From the NCBI GenBank assembly GCA_964413775.1, contig CAYPUO010000001.1:1-43776 (forward strand): 43,776 nt of DNA, in the 5' to 3' direction. Numbering within the stretch: position 1 is the first letter of the stretch; every line of letters starts with the position of its first letter. A program made the translations under genes and the position numbers. Positions 6,128-16,071 of the stretch are shown here, piece after piece. The DNA is from an uncultured archaeon. Its GTDB lineage: Archaea > Asgardarchaeota > Thorarchaeia > Thorarchaeales > Thorarchaeaceae. The notes below the pieces were generated by a model. That model did not search any database. It saw nothing but the letters and a program-made list of their open reading frames with translations, and was not told where the DNA came from.

Positions 6128-7838
6128 AGCTAAGGATATAATAACTCGCTGTAACGAACTACGAACCTTCTGGGCGCCTCGGACTGAGAAGATGAAGGTC
6201 TGGTATCGTCTTATCCAGATGATTGATGAACTCAAGACTGATAAGATGGAATCCTTCGTAGGCAACGACCCTCGGTCTATGTTCAACCTTGTTCTCCATA
6301 TGCTTGATGTGAAGATACCGCATAGGCTGAAGGACCTTGATGAAGCCGACCTTAACGTAGCTGCTGCGTCTGCTGAAGTCTCCCGCCTCTTTGACATGGC
6401 TTGGGAGGACATTGAGGTTGAGTTCCGCCGAACTGGTCCTCGACAATCTCTCAAGCGAAGTCTTATCGGGCTGCTTCTGGCTACTGGTTGGTATTCTGCG
6501 TGGTCAGCAATCGGAGACCGAGGAGACCGAGCTTTCTTTGACCTGTGGAATCCTTCGCAAGTCTACCCGATGTGGGATGCAGAGCTTGGTCTGGCTGAGG
6601 TAGCTCATATCTATACAGTTACAAGCCGTAGAGCGCAGACGATGCAGAGACGTTTGGGCTGGATGGACTTGGGGCGACTCTTTGGCGACCAGACTGTGTA
6701 TGACTACTGGTGGGTGGAGATTGATGATGAGTGGCCTTACTCCACTCGAGTATGGAACGCCGTAGTTGTGGCTGGCAAGCTCGTAAAGTTCGGGCCAACC
6801 CGCTTCAGGCGGATTCCAATTTTTATTGCGCCTGTGGGCGGTCTGCCTGATACAGGTCCTTTGTCGGAAGGCACAGAGCTTTCATCCTCCTACAACGCTG
6901 GCGGTCAGGTAAAGGGAGACCGCTGGAAGGAAGAAATCGGGCAGTCCATCATAGCCACCAATGAGTTCATATACAGGACTTGGAATAAGTGGTGGACGTT
7001 TAGTCTGCAACTACTCCGTGATACCGCACAGCCTCGCATCTTTGAACGTAGCCGTTCAGGTAAGGCAATCGTCAAGCCTGAGGACGTATTCCGCAGAGGA
7101 GCTATCTTCCGAGGCGGTGCTGATGATGCAGTCGAGTTCATCGGTGCGCCTCCTATTCCGCTGGAGCTAAGGAGTACTCAGCTTGACCTTGAAGCTATGA
7201 TGCAGAGAGGCGGAGTATCCTGGGCTATGTATGGGAATGTTACTGGGCAGCTAACCGCCTACGTTATGAGCCAGATTGCTGCTTCTGCCAACCAAGTGAT
7301 GAGACCGTTCCAGCAGGCTCTACAAGACCTTTTCGGAGATATTGATAACTTCTGGTTCGAGGACATCAAGGAACGTGGGGTTATGCCTTATGGTTGGAAG
7401 ATGCCTGCTGCTCTCCCCATCAATTCCAGAATTACTGCTGAGTTTGAAGTCGAAATCCCAGGCGATTTAGTCCAGCGAGCTACTGTAGCCAGAATGCTTG
7501 ACCCGCAGTTTGCTCTGAGCTACACTTTTACAGTCCGCAAGCTGTTTCCTGATATTAAGAATCCTCTACAGGAAAGAGCACGGCGACTGGCTGACCAAGC
7601 TGAACTTAGTCCAGAAAACGCTATTATTGCCCAGATTCGTTACTACCGACAGCAGGCAGCTTATCTGTCCAAGTTTGATGCTGATGCTGCCAGGCTGTAT
7701 GAACTTGCCGCAGATGCAGCGGAAGCTCAACTCCAGCCACTGGGCGCAGGAGGTCAGCAGGCTCGAGGTCGAGGAGCTATAGGCAATCGGACTGAAGGGT
7801 TGCCTACTTACAATATTCCTGAGCTTCCTGTAGCATAA
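6111..7838 (+). CDS. portal protein
   Basis: About 575 aa, directly after TerL. The ATG at 6111 lies 5 nt after GGAGGA, while the track start at 6030 has no SD. The call rests on size and position. Confidence 0.7.
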   Translation: MLVKNEAKDIITRCNELRTFWAPRTEKMKVWYRLIQMIDELKTDKMESFVGNDPRSMFNLVLHMLDVKIPHRLKDLDEADLNVAAASAEVSRLFDMAWEDIEVEFRRTGPRQSLKRSLIGLLLATGWYSAWSAIGDRGDRAFFDLWNPSQVYPMWDAELGLAEVAHIYTVTSRRAQTMQRRLGWMDLGRLFGDQTVYDYWWVEIDDEWPYSTRVWNAVVVAGKLVKFGPTRFRRIPIFIAPVGGLPDTGPLSEGTELSSSYNAGGQVKGDRWKEEIGQSIIATNEFIYRTWNKWWTFSLQLLRDTAQPRIFERSRSGKAIVKPEDVFRRGAIFRGGADDAVEFIGAPPIPLELRSTQLDLEAMMQRGGVSWAMYGNVTGQLTAYVMSQIAASANQVMRPFQQALQDLFGDIDNFWFEDIKERGVMPYGWKMPAALPINSRITAEFEVEIPGDLVQRATVARMLDPQFALSYTFTVRKLFPDIKNPLQERARRLADQAELSPENAIIAQIRYYRQQAAYLSKFDADAARLYELAADAAEAQLQPLGAGGQQARGRGAIGNRTEGLPTYNIPELPVA

Positions 7839-7848
7839 GGAGTTTGCT

Positions 7849-10800
7849 ATGCCAATAGAACCGATTAAAACTGTATTGCCGAGAGTACCTGCTGCTGGTG
7901 AGAAAAAAGAGGAGAAGAAGGGAGTCACTCTACCTCCTCCGCCTGAGCCGGTAGAGCCGTATGCTGGTTATGGCACTGAACTCCAAGCTACTGTTCAGAG
8001 TGCATATCAAGCTGGTAAAAGAGTAGAGGAGTCATATAAGAAGTTAGAGTCAGTTCAACGGATAGCTACTGGTTCTCCCCTTCTTCAGGCTATCGGGATG
8101 GAGCCTCTGTTCAAGGTTAATGAGTGGGGAATCCCGACTTCTGAGGAAGATTATCAAAGTATGCTATCCCAGGCGCAGGCTGACTTTGATGCCACCACCA
8201 GAGAACTTCGTTCTGCTGAATGGCAGATTCAGGTACTGAGTACTCTACCAGCCTATCTATCCAGCAGGAAGTACACAATCAGGACAGCCGATGATATTCT
8301 GGCTCTGATTCCTAATGAGACTTTATCTGACGCAGACCGTCAGTGGCTGGAAAGAACTCTCAGTCGTATGGAGCATCTGAACAATATTCTGCCCGCTGAC
8401 TTTGAAGGCACGGTGGCAGAATCACAGGCGAAGATGCTGGAGGAAATCCTCTCCGAACCAAAGCGAGACCTTCGGGCAGTCCACAATCTCACCGTTGAGG
8501 AACTCCAGAAGTCGTTCCAGCCTTTTGCTATTGACCTTCCAGAAGGGCTATCTGCTGGTGATGTCAGAAATATTATGAGTCAGATGCAACTGGAAGATGA
8601 GACCGAAAAGGAGCTTTCGGCGTATCTGCTGGAGAGGGCGAGTGAGTGGGCAAAGGAGACTGAACGTCTCAGTCTACTTCGTGCTGGTCTGCTTCGGGCT
8701 GAATCACCTGAATTAACTCCACTTGAGTTTGCCAAACTGATGTTTGTCCAGCCTCTCATGGGTGGTCTGGAACTGCTGAACAAGTACTTCGATATGCTAC
8801 CGAGACCGCTGTCTTCTGCTGCTATCATTGGAGTACACAACCTGTTCCAGACTCCTGATGATACGATGGCAGGACGTATGCACGATATCTACCAGCACTA
8901 TCGCAGCATGGGAGAGTCTGCTTGGAGTTCATACGCTAAGGCTATCAATGAAGTGGAAGCTCCTTGGTGGCTCAGGATGGGTATTGAAACAGCCTTTGAC
9001 CCGACATCTTATATCGGACTGGGAATAGCTACTTCGGCTGCTACCAAGACTGGTTCACTCCTGTCACGACTGGGACTGAGAACGGTTGGTTCTCGAATAG
9101 GTCCTTTCGTGGGGAGTATTGAGAATGGCTTTATCCGAGCCTCCGATGCAGTGTTTATTGCTGGTAAGGAGGTGGTTCTGTCCCCAGTTAAGGGTAGCTT
9201 CTGGCTGGCAGGTGCTGGCTATCAGATTCCTCGGACTCTAACCCAGATGTCCCGCAACTTTGCTCGGCAGACCAGCATGAACTTCAAGTCTGTGCTGGAT
9301 AGAATGTATCCGAATGTCAGGAATCTGCAAGGCTTAACTGCTGCCGACATCAGGTTAGCCGCTGAACAGTCCATAGATGCAGCCATCAATCGTCCTACTG
9401 AGGGTCTTGACCTTATGGTGAAAGCTGGTTCTGAACTACTTGAGTTCGAGTATGTAGGTCAGGAAGCTGCTGGAAGGCTACTCAAGGAGATTGTTCCCGA
9501 AGGCTTTGAGTTTGATGTAGCTCGACTGGCTCGACTGAATGACGAAGTGCTCAATATGTTCTCTGGTCAGACGCAGAAGATTACCGCAGGCAATATCCTT
9601 ACCAAGATGGGCTTGGGGCAGACTGACGAGGCGGTAGAAAAGCTGGTCTCTCGCCTCGCAGCCTTCCGTGACGATGTGGTAGATGATGCACTCCGAATGT
9701 TCAGACCAGATGCTCCGAATGACCAACTGATAGGAATGTTCAATAGGATGGAGGCAAATCGGTATGCGAATCTCTCTAATCCTATTTCTACTCATATGAC
9801 TCAAGCTGGACAGGTTTCCTCATGGGTGAGCCGAGTGGCAGACCGTGTACTGTATTCCTCTCATCTGGTAGCCCTTGAGAGAAAAGTCATTATGCCCTTT
9901 GCTCGATGGAATCTGCTGTTTGCCAACTTTGGACCTTTCAACTTCTTGGAGAATATGCAACGGAGTTTCCTCGGTGGGGCAGAAATTATGTATCCGAGAA
10001 GCTACAGTGGTGTGGCTGAGACCAATCGCCTATTCCGAGGTCTGACCAATGCTCCTTACGAGTTGCAGATGGCAGAGCGTGGGATAGCCAGAATGGAAAT
10101 GGCTCTGATTGACCCGAAAACTGGAACTACATCTGCCTTCCGTGGAGGCAAGATTCCATTCGTAACTCGGGAAGTTACTGTCGGTGGTAAGACCATCGGC
10201 AAGACTATCAATATCCGAGGCGTGGACTACAAGCTGACAGATATGCAGGCTTACAATGATATGTGGGAGCAACTCACTACCATTCAGCGAGCCTATGACT
10301 ATCAGGTTCATTACATGAAAGCTCTCCCCGAAGTAGCTCCTGCTGAAATGCAACAGATTACTGAGGCTGTTCTTCGGCATCGAGGCGAACTGGAGCAGAT
10401 TACCAAATTCTCGCCTAATGATATGCGTGATATAGAACGAACCATAATTCAGGACTCTACTGTTGGACCTGATGCTATTCTTGCCCATCAGAACATTGAT
10501 GCTCTGGAAATGGAAAGGCGTCAGATATCTAAGGAACTGGGTAAGGTGTTTGACAAGTGCCCAGAAGTCCGAACGGCTACCAAGAATGGCATCAGGAATG
10601 AAGTCCTTGACGGTAGCATCTTCACAGATATTGATGGCAGGGTTGCTGCCTTTGCTGAGGCTGAGAGGGAAATGAACCTTGCTTCTCTTGCCAACCAGAT
10701 AGATGCGCTTAAAGCAGAAGCGGATGATTTTACTCGGATATATGCTGGCAAGGCTTCTCTGCTTGACCAGTTACAGCGGGACATTAAGTTTGGTGAGCCG

Positions 10801-13800
10801 AAGACAGTAGCGATTCCTGGTGTTGAGTTCCAGAACTATCCACTCATCATCGAGGGCAGGGAAGTCGGCTCTGTCCAGCTTCGTACTGGTGGAGCTATGG
10901 CAAAGCCTGATGAACTGGTGATTGATACCTTGACTGTCACTGAGAGTGGTTTGGTCAACAAGGGCTTCATGGGAGACGTTGAACTTCTTATCCACAACTT
11001 AGCTAAGGAGAAAGACCTTGCCAAGGTAACCATCGTAGCGAAGAAGGAACACAATATCCTGTATGCAGGTGGCGGTTACAAGAAAGTCGGCATTGGCTAC
11101 TCTAAGGCGACAATGGAACCTAACATGGCTCCTAAGAACTTGGATGAAATGCTCGGAGATATGGAGAATATCTCAGCTATGCAGGAAGCTGTTTCTGAAC
11201 GAATCCACGACTACCGCAGGCTGACAGAACTCCGAAGCCAGAAGCTCAAGCCTGGTAAGGAAGTGGATGATTTCCATATTGGCTCTAATAAACTGCTTGG
11301 TCAGTTCATGGAGGAATCCGAGACAAGCATGAACAGAATTATTGATAGCCTTCGGAACTTCGCCAAGACAACTACCGATGTTCCTCTAACTGATGCACAG
11401 CGGGGGGCAGTTGACGCTCTGGCTGAGATATATCGGTTGGAGAACAGGAATGTCCTTGCCACTCGAAACCGCCTGGCAGAGATTGAATCCAAGATTACGA
11501 GGACTCCGAGAAACAACCGTAATGCTCGATTCTGGCAGCAGCAGAGAGTGGCTAAGGCTGAGGTATGGGATGAACATACTGTCAATGCAAGGCGGTTGCG
11601 CAACCTTCGACTTGATTCTAGTAGGCAATTCCTTGGCTCAGTCGGGAAGCCCGCCTTTGTTCCAGATAATATTCCTCCTGTAACTCGGGAACTTACCCCT
11701 TCTCATATAGCACATTTGTTCGGAGTCTCAGGCGATGATGTTTACAGGGGTCTAACCAGAGTTCATCATCATGTTACTGTAAGACCTCGTGAGGACTTTA
11801 TAGATTATGTCCGAAGTCAGGCGAGTGCCTACTCTGCCAGATTCCAAAAGTCAGCCGCAGATATTGGCTTTACTGATGAAGCAATCGGTGAGGTCTATGA
11901 CCAGTTATGGCGGAATCTTGGCATTGAGCCTTCTGCCCTTGCTCCAGACTCCCCAACCATGTTACAGATGGAGGAAATCCGACAGGAGCTTAATCGCCTC
12001 CATGCAGCGGTCAGGATGGACGAGACTGATATTGCCAAGTGGCGACAGTATATCAGCGGAGTATCAGATGACGTTGGTGAGCTTTCTATGTATAAGGGAG
12101 TTCGTGCTGGCACTACAGACTGGTTCGGTAAGAAAGAAGCAGCTATGGGCAAGGCACGAGTCCAGCATGAGCTTGCCTATCCAACTTACGATGATGCCAA
12201 CATTATAGACGAGTCCATGAGAGCTATCTTCCCATTCTGGACATACGAAGCCTTCCGCTGGCGTTGGATTCCTCGAACCTGGATGCGGACGCCTGGTACT
12301 CTTACAGGATTGGCTCGGTATGTGGACTATACTGACGGTGGTTATATTCCTATTCCTGGCACAGACCTCCAGATTAACCCACTGAGAGGTAGCGTCTGGA
12401 TGGGTGGTCTGCGTCGATTCTGGCTCAAGGACTTCCCTGAGTATTATGATGCCTTCCCTGGGATGGAGTTTATAGATTACATTGGTAGGGCTGGATTCTA
12501 TCCTGGTATTCATGTTATGGCTCCTGTGGTTGCCTTTGGTGCTCTTGCTCAGAAGAAGCCCGAAATGTCAGAAATTGCGCCTACATGGGTCAAATCGGGA
12601 ATGTCGGCTCTGAGAGCTTTATCGCCTGAGCATATCGGGAAAGTTCTTGATGTGGTATATCCTGACCGATTCCGAGACTTCCAGACCATGCTCACACTCG
12701 GAGAATTGGGCTATGATGCAGATGCTATTTGGCGTAAGAAGGAGCAGGGCATCAAGCTAACTGAGGAAGAAGAAAAACTTTGGCTGAGAGCCGAGGCAAA
12801 GGCTAATGGTCTGAAAGGTATCCTGATGGAGCAGACTGGTCTGTTCAGAATCCGACCTCAGGAATACGAGGAAGTCCGCCGTTCAATGCGACTGGCTATT
12901 GAGGAAGCCACTGGTGTTCCAGTTCGGATTCAGGAGAGAATTGACCGCTTATACCCGACTACTGGCAAACGCTTCTCCGATTACTACAAGCTCGATGTTC
13001 TGCAACAGAAGTTGCTGTTTGAGTTTGAAGCCTACCGCCGATGGCAGGGCATTACCACTCCGCTGTATCCATCCTCCTGGCAGATGATGGAGATTAAGAC
13101 TAAGGACTACTACGAGACTCTTGAAAAGAACTCTCATGAAGCCAGATACGAGGGAGTCTATGAGGATGGTGAGCTTGTCAGACCTTCCATAGTGGACATC
13201 AACGAGCAACTTGTCAACGGTGTAATAGGTCCTGACCAGTGGCGGTCAATGCGGGAGAAGATTGTTAGTAGCCTTGGTGAGGTTGGTCGGGCACTCGGTG
13301 ATACCCCTGCTTACAAAGATGTGCCGAAGACGTTGGAGGAACGAGAGGCATGGATGGCGGAGAAGGGAGTGCCATTACCAACCTACGGTGCTGACCAAGA
13401 GCTTCTCTGGTATTACTATGAACTTGAACCCGAATACACCTATAACTGGGAATCTGACAGAATGGAGCTTGACTTCGACACATACTATGCCAAGATTGAT
13501 ATTCTACTGGAGTCCCTTGATGAGGCACATCGTCAACGACTGCTGGACAGGATTCAGCTTGACTGGACTCCGATGGAACGGTTATACTGGACTATCAGCA
13601 GAGAGTATTTCCGACCTTATCGGAACATCAGGAATATTGTCCTTGAGCAGTATACCGATGAACAGAAGCGACAGATACGAAGATATGAAGTTGCTCGTGG
13701 TGCAGAACGTGAACAACTGAAGCAAATCCAAGGTCCTGATGGGCAGAAGCTCATAGCAGGCTTTAATGCTAAGGTTCGAGAGGCTCGACAGCGACTTCGC

Positions 13801-13929
13801 TACATTGACCCTGAACTTGATGCTTGGTCTTACTTCTTCGGCAGCACAGATTCATTTATTACTAAGGAAGCTCAGGATAGGTATAAGGAACTTGTCAGTG
13901 AGCGTATGAACTTAGCTATAGTTCAGTAG
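7849..13929 (+). CDS. giant virion-module protein, 2026 aa, function unknown
   Basis: An uninterrupted 6.1-kb ORF with the SD AAGGAG, lying between the portal and capsid genes. It has a Pro-rich N-terminus, long helical regions and a GNAT-like segment near 10790..11110. Confidence 0.85.
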   Translation: MPIEPIKTVLPRVPAAGEKKEEKKGVTLPPPPEPVEPYAGYGTELQATVQSAYQAGKRVEESYKKLESVQRIATGSPLLQAIGMEPLFKVNEWGIPTSEEDYQSMLSQAQADFDATTRELRSAEWQIQVLSTLPAYLSSRKYTIRTADDILALIPNETLSDADRQWLERTLSRMEHLNNILPADFEGTVAESQAKMLEEILSEPKRDLRAVHNLTVEELQKSFQPFAIDLPEGLSAGDVRNIMSQMQLEDETEKELSAYLLERASEWAKETERLSLLRAGLLRAESPELTPLEFAKLMFVQPLMGGLELLNKYFDMLPRPLSSAAIIGVHNLFQTPDDTMAGRMHDIYQHYRSMGESAWSSYAKAINEVEAPWWLRMGIETAFDPTSYIGLGIATSAATKTGSLLSRLGLRTVGSRIGPFVGSIENGFIRASDAVFIAGKEVVLSPVKGSFWLAGAGYQIPRTLTQMSRNFARQTSMNFKSVLDRMYPNVRNLQGLTAADIRLAAEQSIDAAINRPTEGLDLMVKAGSELLEFEYVGQEAAGRLLKEIVPEGFEFDVARLARLNDEVLNMFSGQTQKITAGNILTKMGLGQTDEAVEKLVSRLAAFRDDVVDDALRMFRPDAPNDQLIGMFNRMEANRYANLSNPISTHMTQAGQVSSWVSRVADRVLYSSHLVALERKVIMPFARWNLLFANFGPFNFLENMQRSFLGGAEIMYPRSYSGVAETNRLFRGLTNAPYELQMAERGIARMEMALIDPKTGTTSAFRGGKIPFVTREVTVGGKTIGKTINIRGVDYKLTDMQAYNDMWEQLTTIQRAYDYQVHYMKALPEVAPAEMQQITEAVLRHRGELEQITKFSPNDMRDIERTIIQDSTVGPDAILAHQNIDALEMERRQISKELGKVFDKCPEVRTATKNGIRNEVLDGSIFTDIDGRVAAFAEAEREMNLASLANQIDALKAEADDFTRIYAGKASLLDQLQRDIKFGEPKTVAIPGVEFQNYPLIIEGREVGSVQLRTGGAMAKPDELVIDTLTVTESGLVNKGFMGDVELLIHNLAKEKDLAKVTIVAKKEHNILYAGGGYKKVGIGYSKATMEPNMAPKNLDEMLGDMENISAMQEAVSERIHDYRRLTELRSQKLKPGKEVDDFHIGSNKLLGQFMEESETSMNRIIDSLRNFAKTTTDVPLTDAQRGAVDALAEIYRLENRNVLATRNRLAEIESKITRTPRNNRNARFWQQQRVAKAEVWDEHTVNARRLRNLRLDSSRQFLGSVGKPAFVPDNIPPVTRELTPSHIAHLFGVSGDDVYRGLTRVHHHVTVRPREDFIDYVRSQASAYSARFQKSAADIGFTDEAIGEVYDQLWRNLGIEPSALAPDSPTMLQMEEIRQELNRLHAAVRMDETDIAKWRQYISGVSDDVGELSMYKGVRAGTTDWFGKKEAAMGKARVQHELAYPTYDDANIIDESMRAIFPFWTYEAFRWRWIPRTWMRTPGTLTGLARYVDYTDGGYIPIPGTDLQINPLRGSVWMGGLRRFWLKDFPEYYDAFPGMEFIDYIGRAGFYPGIHVMAPVVAFGALAQKKPEMSEIAPTWVKSGMSALRALSPEHIGKVLDVVYPDRFRDFQTMLTLGELGYDADAIWRKKEQGIKLTEEEEKLWLRAEAKANGLKGILMEQTGLFRIRPQEYEEVRRSMRLAIEEATGVPVRIQERIDRLYPTTGKRFSDYYKLDVLQQKLLFEFEAYRRWQGITTPLYPSSWQMMEIKTKDYYETLEKNSHEARYEGVYEDGELVRPSIVDINEQLVNGVIGPDQWRSMREKIVSSLGEVGRALGDTPAYKDVPKTLEEREAWMAEKGVPLPTYGADQELLWYYYELEPEYTYNWESDRMELDFDTYYAKIDILLESLDEAHRQRLLDRIQLDWTPMERLYWTISREYFRPYRNIRNIVLEQYTDEQKRQIRRYEVARGAEREQLKQIQGPDGQKLIAGFNAKVREARQRLRYIDPELDAWSYFFGSTDSFITKEAQDRYKELVSERMNLAIVQ

Positions 13930-13937
13930 GAGGAGCT

Positions 13938-14606
13938 ATGAAGGGCGATATTGAAAGTATGTATAGTTATGGTCAGTACCAGAGCAGTATAAAAACTGGT
14001 ATGACTCCTGATAAGTGGAAGGCGGAGTATGCTGGCAGTGTTCCGCATTGGGCTAAGGATACCAATCCAACTCCACTGGCTAAGCAGTTTTTGGGTAATA
14101 TCCCTGAAGGTGGGAGCGTTCTGGAGGTAGGGACTGGTGGCGGCAGAGATGCCATATTCTTTGCCCAGAACGGTAGGAATGTTACAGGTGTGGACATATC
14201 GTCTGCTGCACTTGATATTGCCAAGGATAATGCCAAGTCTCTTGGTGCTACTGTTGACTTTAGAACTGCCAATGTAGAGAAGTTGCCTTTCAGAGATAAT
14301 GAGTTTGACTCGCTCTATACCCTATCAGTAATCCACTCTACTGATATGTCTAAGTCAGTTCCAGAGATATATAGAGTCGTGAAGCCTGGAGGTAAGGTAT
14401 TCATATTCCTGTATAAGGATACTCAGTACTCTGACGGTCGCCCTACCGAGGATGCTGTGAATCTTCAGGACTTTCTACTAGGACTAAAAAGGATTGGCTT
14501 CAAGGTGCTTGAGTCTGGCGAGTATGCTGAGACCAAGTTCGATGAATATGGGGAGAAGCATGACAAGATTATTGTGCTTCTTCAGAAGGGAGACGCTAGT
14601 GCCTGA
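13938..14606 (+). CDS. class I SAM-dependent methyltransferase (small-molecule/Methyltransf_11-like type)
   Basis: Motif I VLEVGTGGGRDA, followed by VTGVDIS, FDSLY and VKPGGKVFI. Confidence 0.8.
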   Translation: MKGDIESMYSYGQYQSSIKTGMTPDKWKAEYAGSVPHWAKDTNPTPLAKQFLGNIPEGGSVLEVGTGGGRDAIFFAQNGRNVTGVDISSAALDIAKDNAKSLGATVDFRTANVEKLPFRDNEFDSLYTLSVIHSTDMSKSVPEIYRVVKPGGKVFIFLYKDTQYSDGRPTEDAVNLQDFLLGLKRIGFKVLESGEYAETKFDEYGEKHDKIIVLLQKGDASA

Positions 14607-14814
14607 GTGTACTTGGGAAAAGAAGGATGGTCGCTATATCTGTATGGCGAGGCACTGCCCTCACTGGCTTAAGGGAGGAGGATGCAAGATTGGCAAGGTA
14701 TCGCTCTCCTGTGATAATGAGGATTGCGAGTTGAGCAAGGATGGCCACTGCACTAGTATGGATATACACCTTGATGCAGATGGGAGGTGCCTTGGAGTGC
14801 GGTATAATAAATAA
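14599..14814 (+). CDS. Cys-rich small protein (two DUF1540-like repeats)
   Basis: The GTG at 14599 follows GAAGGGAG. The 71-aa protein has 8 Cys in two C-x4-C-x9/10-C-type units. Confidence 0.5.
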   Translation: MPECTWEKKDGRYICMARHCPHWLKGGGCKIGKVSLSCDNEDCELSKDGHCTSMDIHLDADGRCLGVRYNK

Positions 14815-14851
14815 TCGTTAGACATTATAGATTATACATTATTATTTATAC

Positions 14852-14880
14852 TTGACAGCCGTGTTTAATTGTGTTAAACT
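14852..14880 (+). promoter_or_regulatory. sigmaA-type promoter in front of the homing endonuclease
   Basis: TTGACA (14852..14857), a 17-nt spacer, then TGtTAAACT (-10 at 14875..14880). The spacer resembles that of the late promoter at 2890. Confidence 0.65.
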
Positions 14881-14897
14881 TAAGAATGGAGGGATAA

Positions 14898-15314
14898 ATG
14901 AGCTACTCACTAGCGTATATAGCAAGTTTTGTTGACTGCGAAGGCTCTATCCAACTTCAGCTTACCAGAAATAATGCTGCAAGTCTTAGGCTTGTGGTTC
15001 ATAATACTTGCCTTGAAGCTATTGAGTATATAAATGCTCTGCTACCTGGAAGCATTACCAAAGTTGCTACCAAGTACAATCATAAGACTTGCTACAGACT
15101 AGGTTGGAATGGAGAGGATGCCATATTTGTCCTTGGGCTTATACTCCCATATTTAATAATCAAGAAAGAGCTTGCCAATATAGCAATTGATTTTTGGAAC
15201 ACTTGTGGTATGAGTAGCTCAAGAAGTCGGAAAGCTATCTCTGAGGCTGAGGCAATTCTTAGGGCAAGTTATAAGGAGAAGATAGCAAAGCTAAACAGAC
15301 GAGGAGTGGACTAA
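14898..15314 (+). CDS. LAGLIDADG homing endonuclease (single-motif type), free-standing
   Basis: LAYIASFVDCEGSI motif. Lies in an AT-rich segment with its own promoter and SD. Paralogous to 29681..30064. Confidence 0.8.
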   Translation: MSYSLAYIASFVDCEGSIQLQLTRNNAASLRLVVHNTCLEAIEYINALLPGSITKVATKYNHKTCYRLGWNGEDAIFVLGLILPYLIIKKELANIAIDFWNTCGMSSSRSRKAISEAEAILRASYKEKIAKLNRRGVD

Positions 15315-15349
15315 ACAGGACGCTTCTCGGATGTATGAGGAGGTAAATA

Positions 15350-16051
15350 ATGCCAGAACAGAATCCCAATGATGCTCCTGGTGCGAATGACCAGCCTCCA
15401 GCACAGCCTCCTGCTGTGCCTCCTGAGAACACCAATCCTCCAGCCTCACCGCCTGAGGGTGAACCGAAGGTAGAGGTCAAAGATGGTGTTGTCATGGTAG
15501 ACGGCAAGAAGTATGTGAAGGAGTCTGACCTTATCGCCGCCAAGGAGAGTTTGCAGGGGCAACTGGAGAAGGCGCAGACGGCACATAACGAAGCAGTTGA
15601 CAAGCTCAACCTTCAAGTGTCTGATGCCAACCAACAGTTAGCTCAGGCAAACGCTGCTCTCGAAGAGGCAAAGAAGGCCCGTGAGGCGGGTGCTGCGTCT
15701 GATGAGGACGTAGCGAAGGTCAAGCAGGAGGCAGAAGATGCCAAAGCCAACTTGACCAAAGCTCAGACCGATGCTCTCGACTACCGCAGGAAGTACATCA
15801 TGGCTACCTACAATATTCCTGCTGACTCCGAGCAAGGTCAAAAGCTGAAGGAGAAGGATATGGCACAGCTTGACTCTTTCGAGGAGGCTCTCAAAGCCTT
15901 ATCCCAACAGAGGGGTGGACCTGGCAACTATGCGGTAGGTGGCGGAGGTGGCGGTGCTGCTCCCCAGTCTGACATGGATAGAGCAAAGGCGCTACTCGCT
16001 AATACTCCCTACCGAGGGGTCAGGAACGAACCTCAGAACCAGTCGCAATAA
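15350..16051 (+). CDS. scaffolding protein
   Basis: Lies immediately upstream of the capsid gene. Pro-rich N-terminus, Ala/Glu/Lys-rich coiled coil, and a Gly run near the C-terminus. Confidence 0.6.
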   Translation: MPEQNPNDAPGANDQPPAQPPAVPPENTNPPASPPEGEPKVEVKDGVVMVDGKKYVKESDLIAAKESLQGQLEKAQTAHNEAVDKLNLQVSDANQQLAQANAALEEAKKAREAGAASDEDVAKVKQEAEDAKANLTKAQTDALDYRRKYIMATYNIPADSEQGQKLKEKDMAQLDSFEEALKALSQQRGGPGNYAVGGGGGGAAPQSDMDRAKALLANTPYRGVRNEPQNQSQ

Positions 16052-16071
16052 CATGAAAGGAGAAAGCTACA

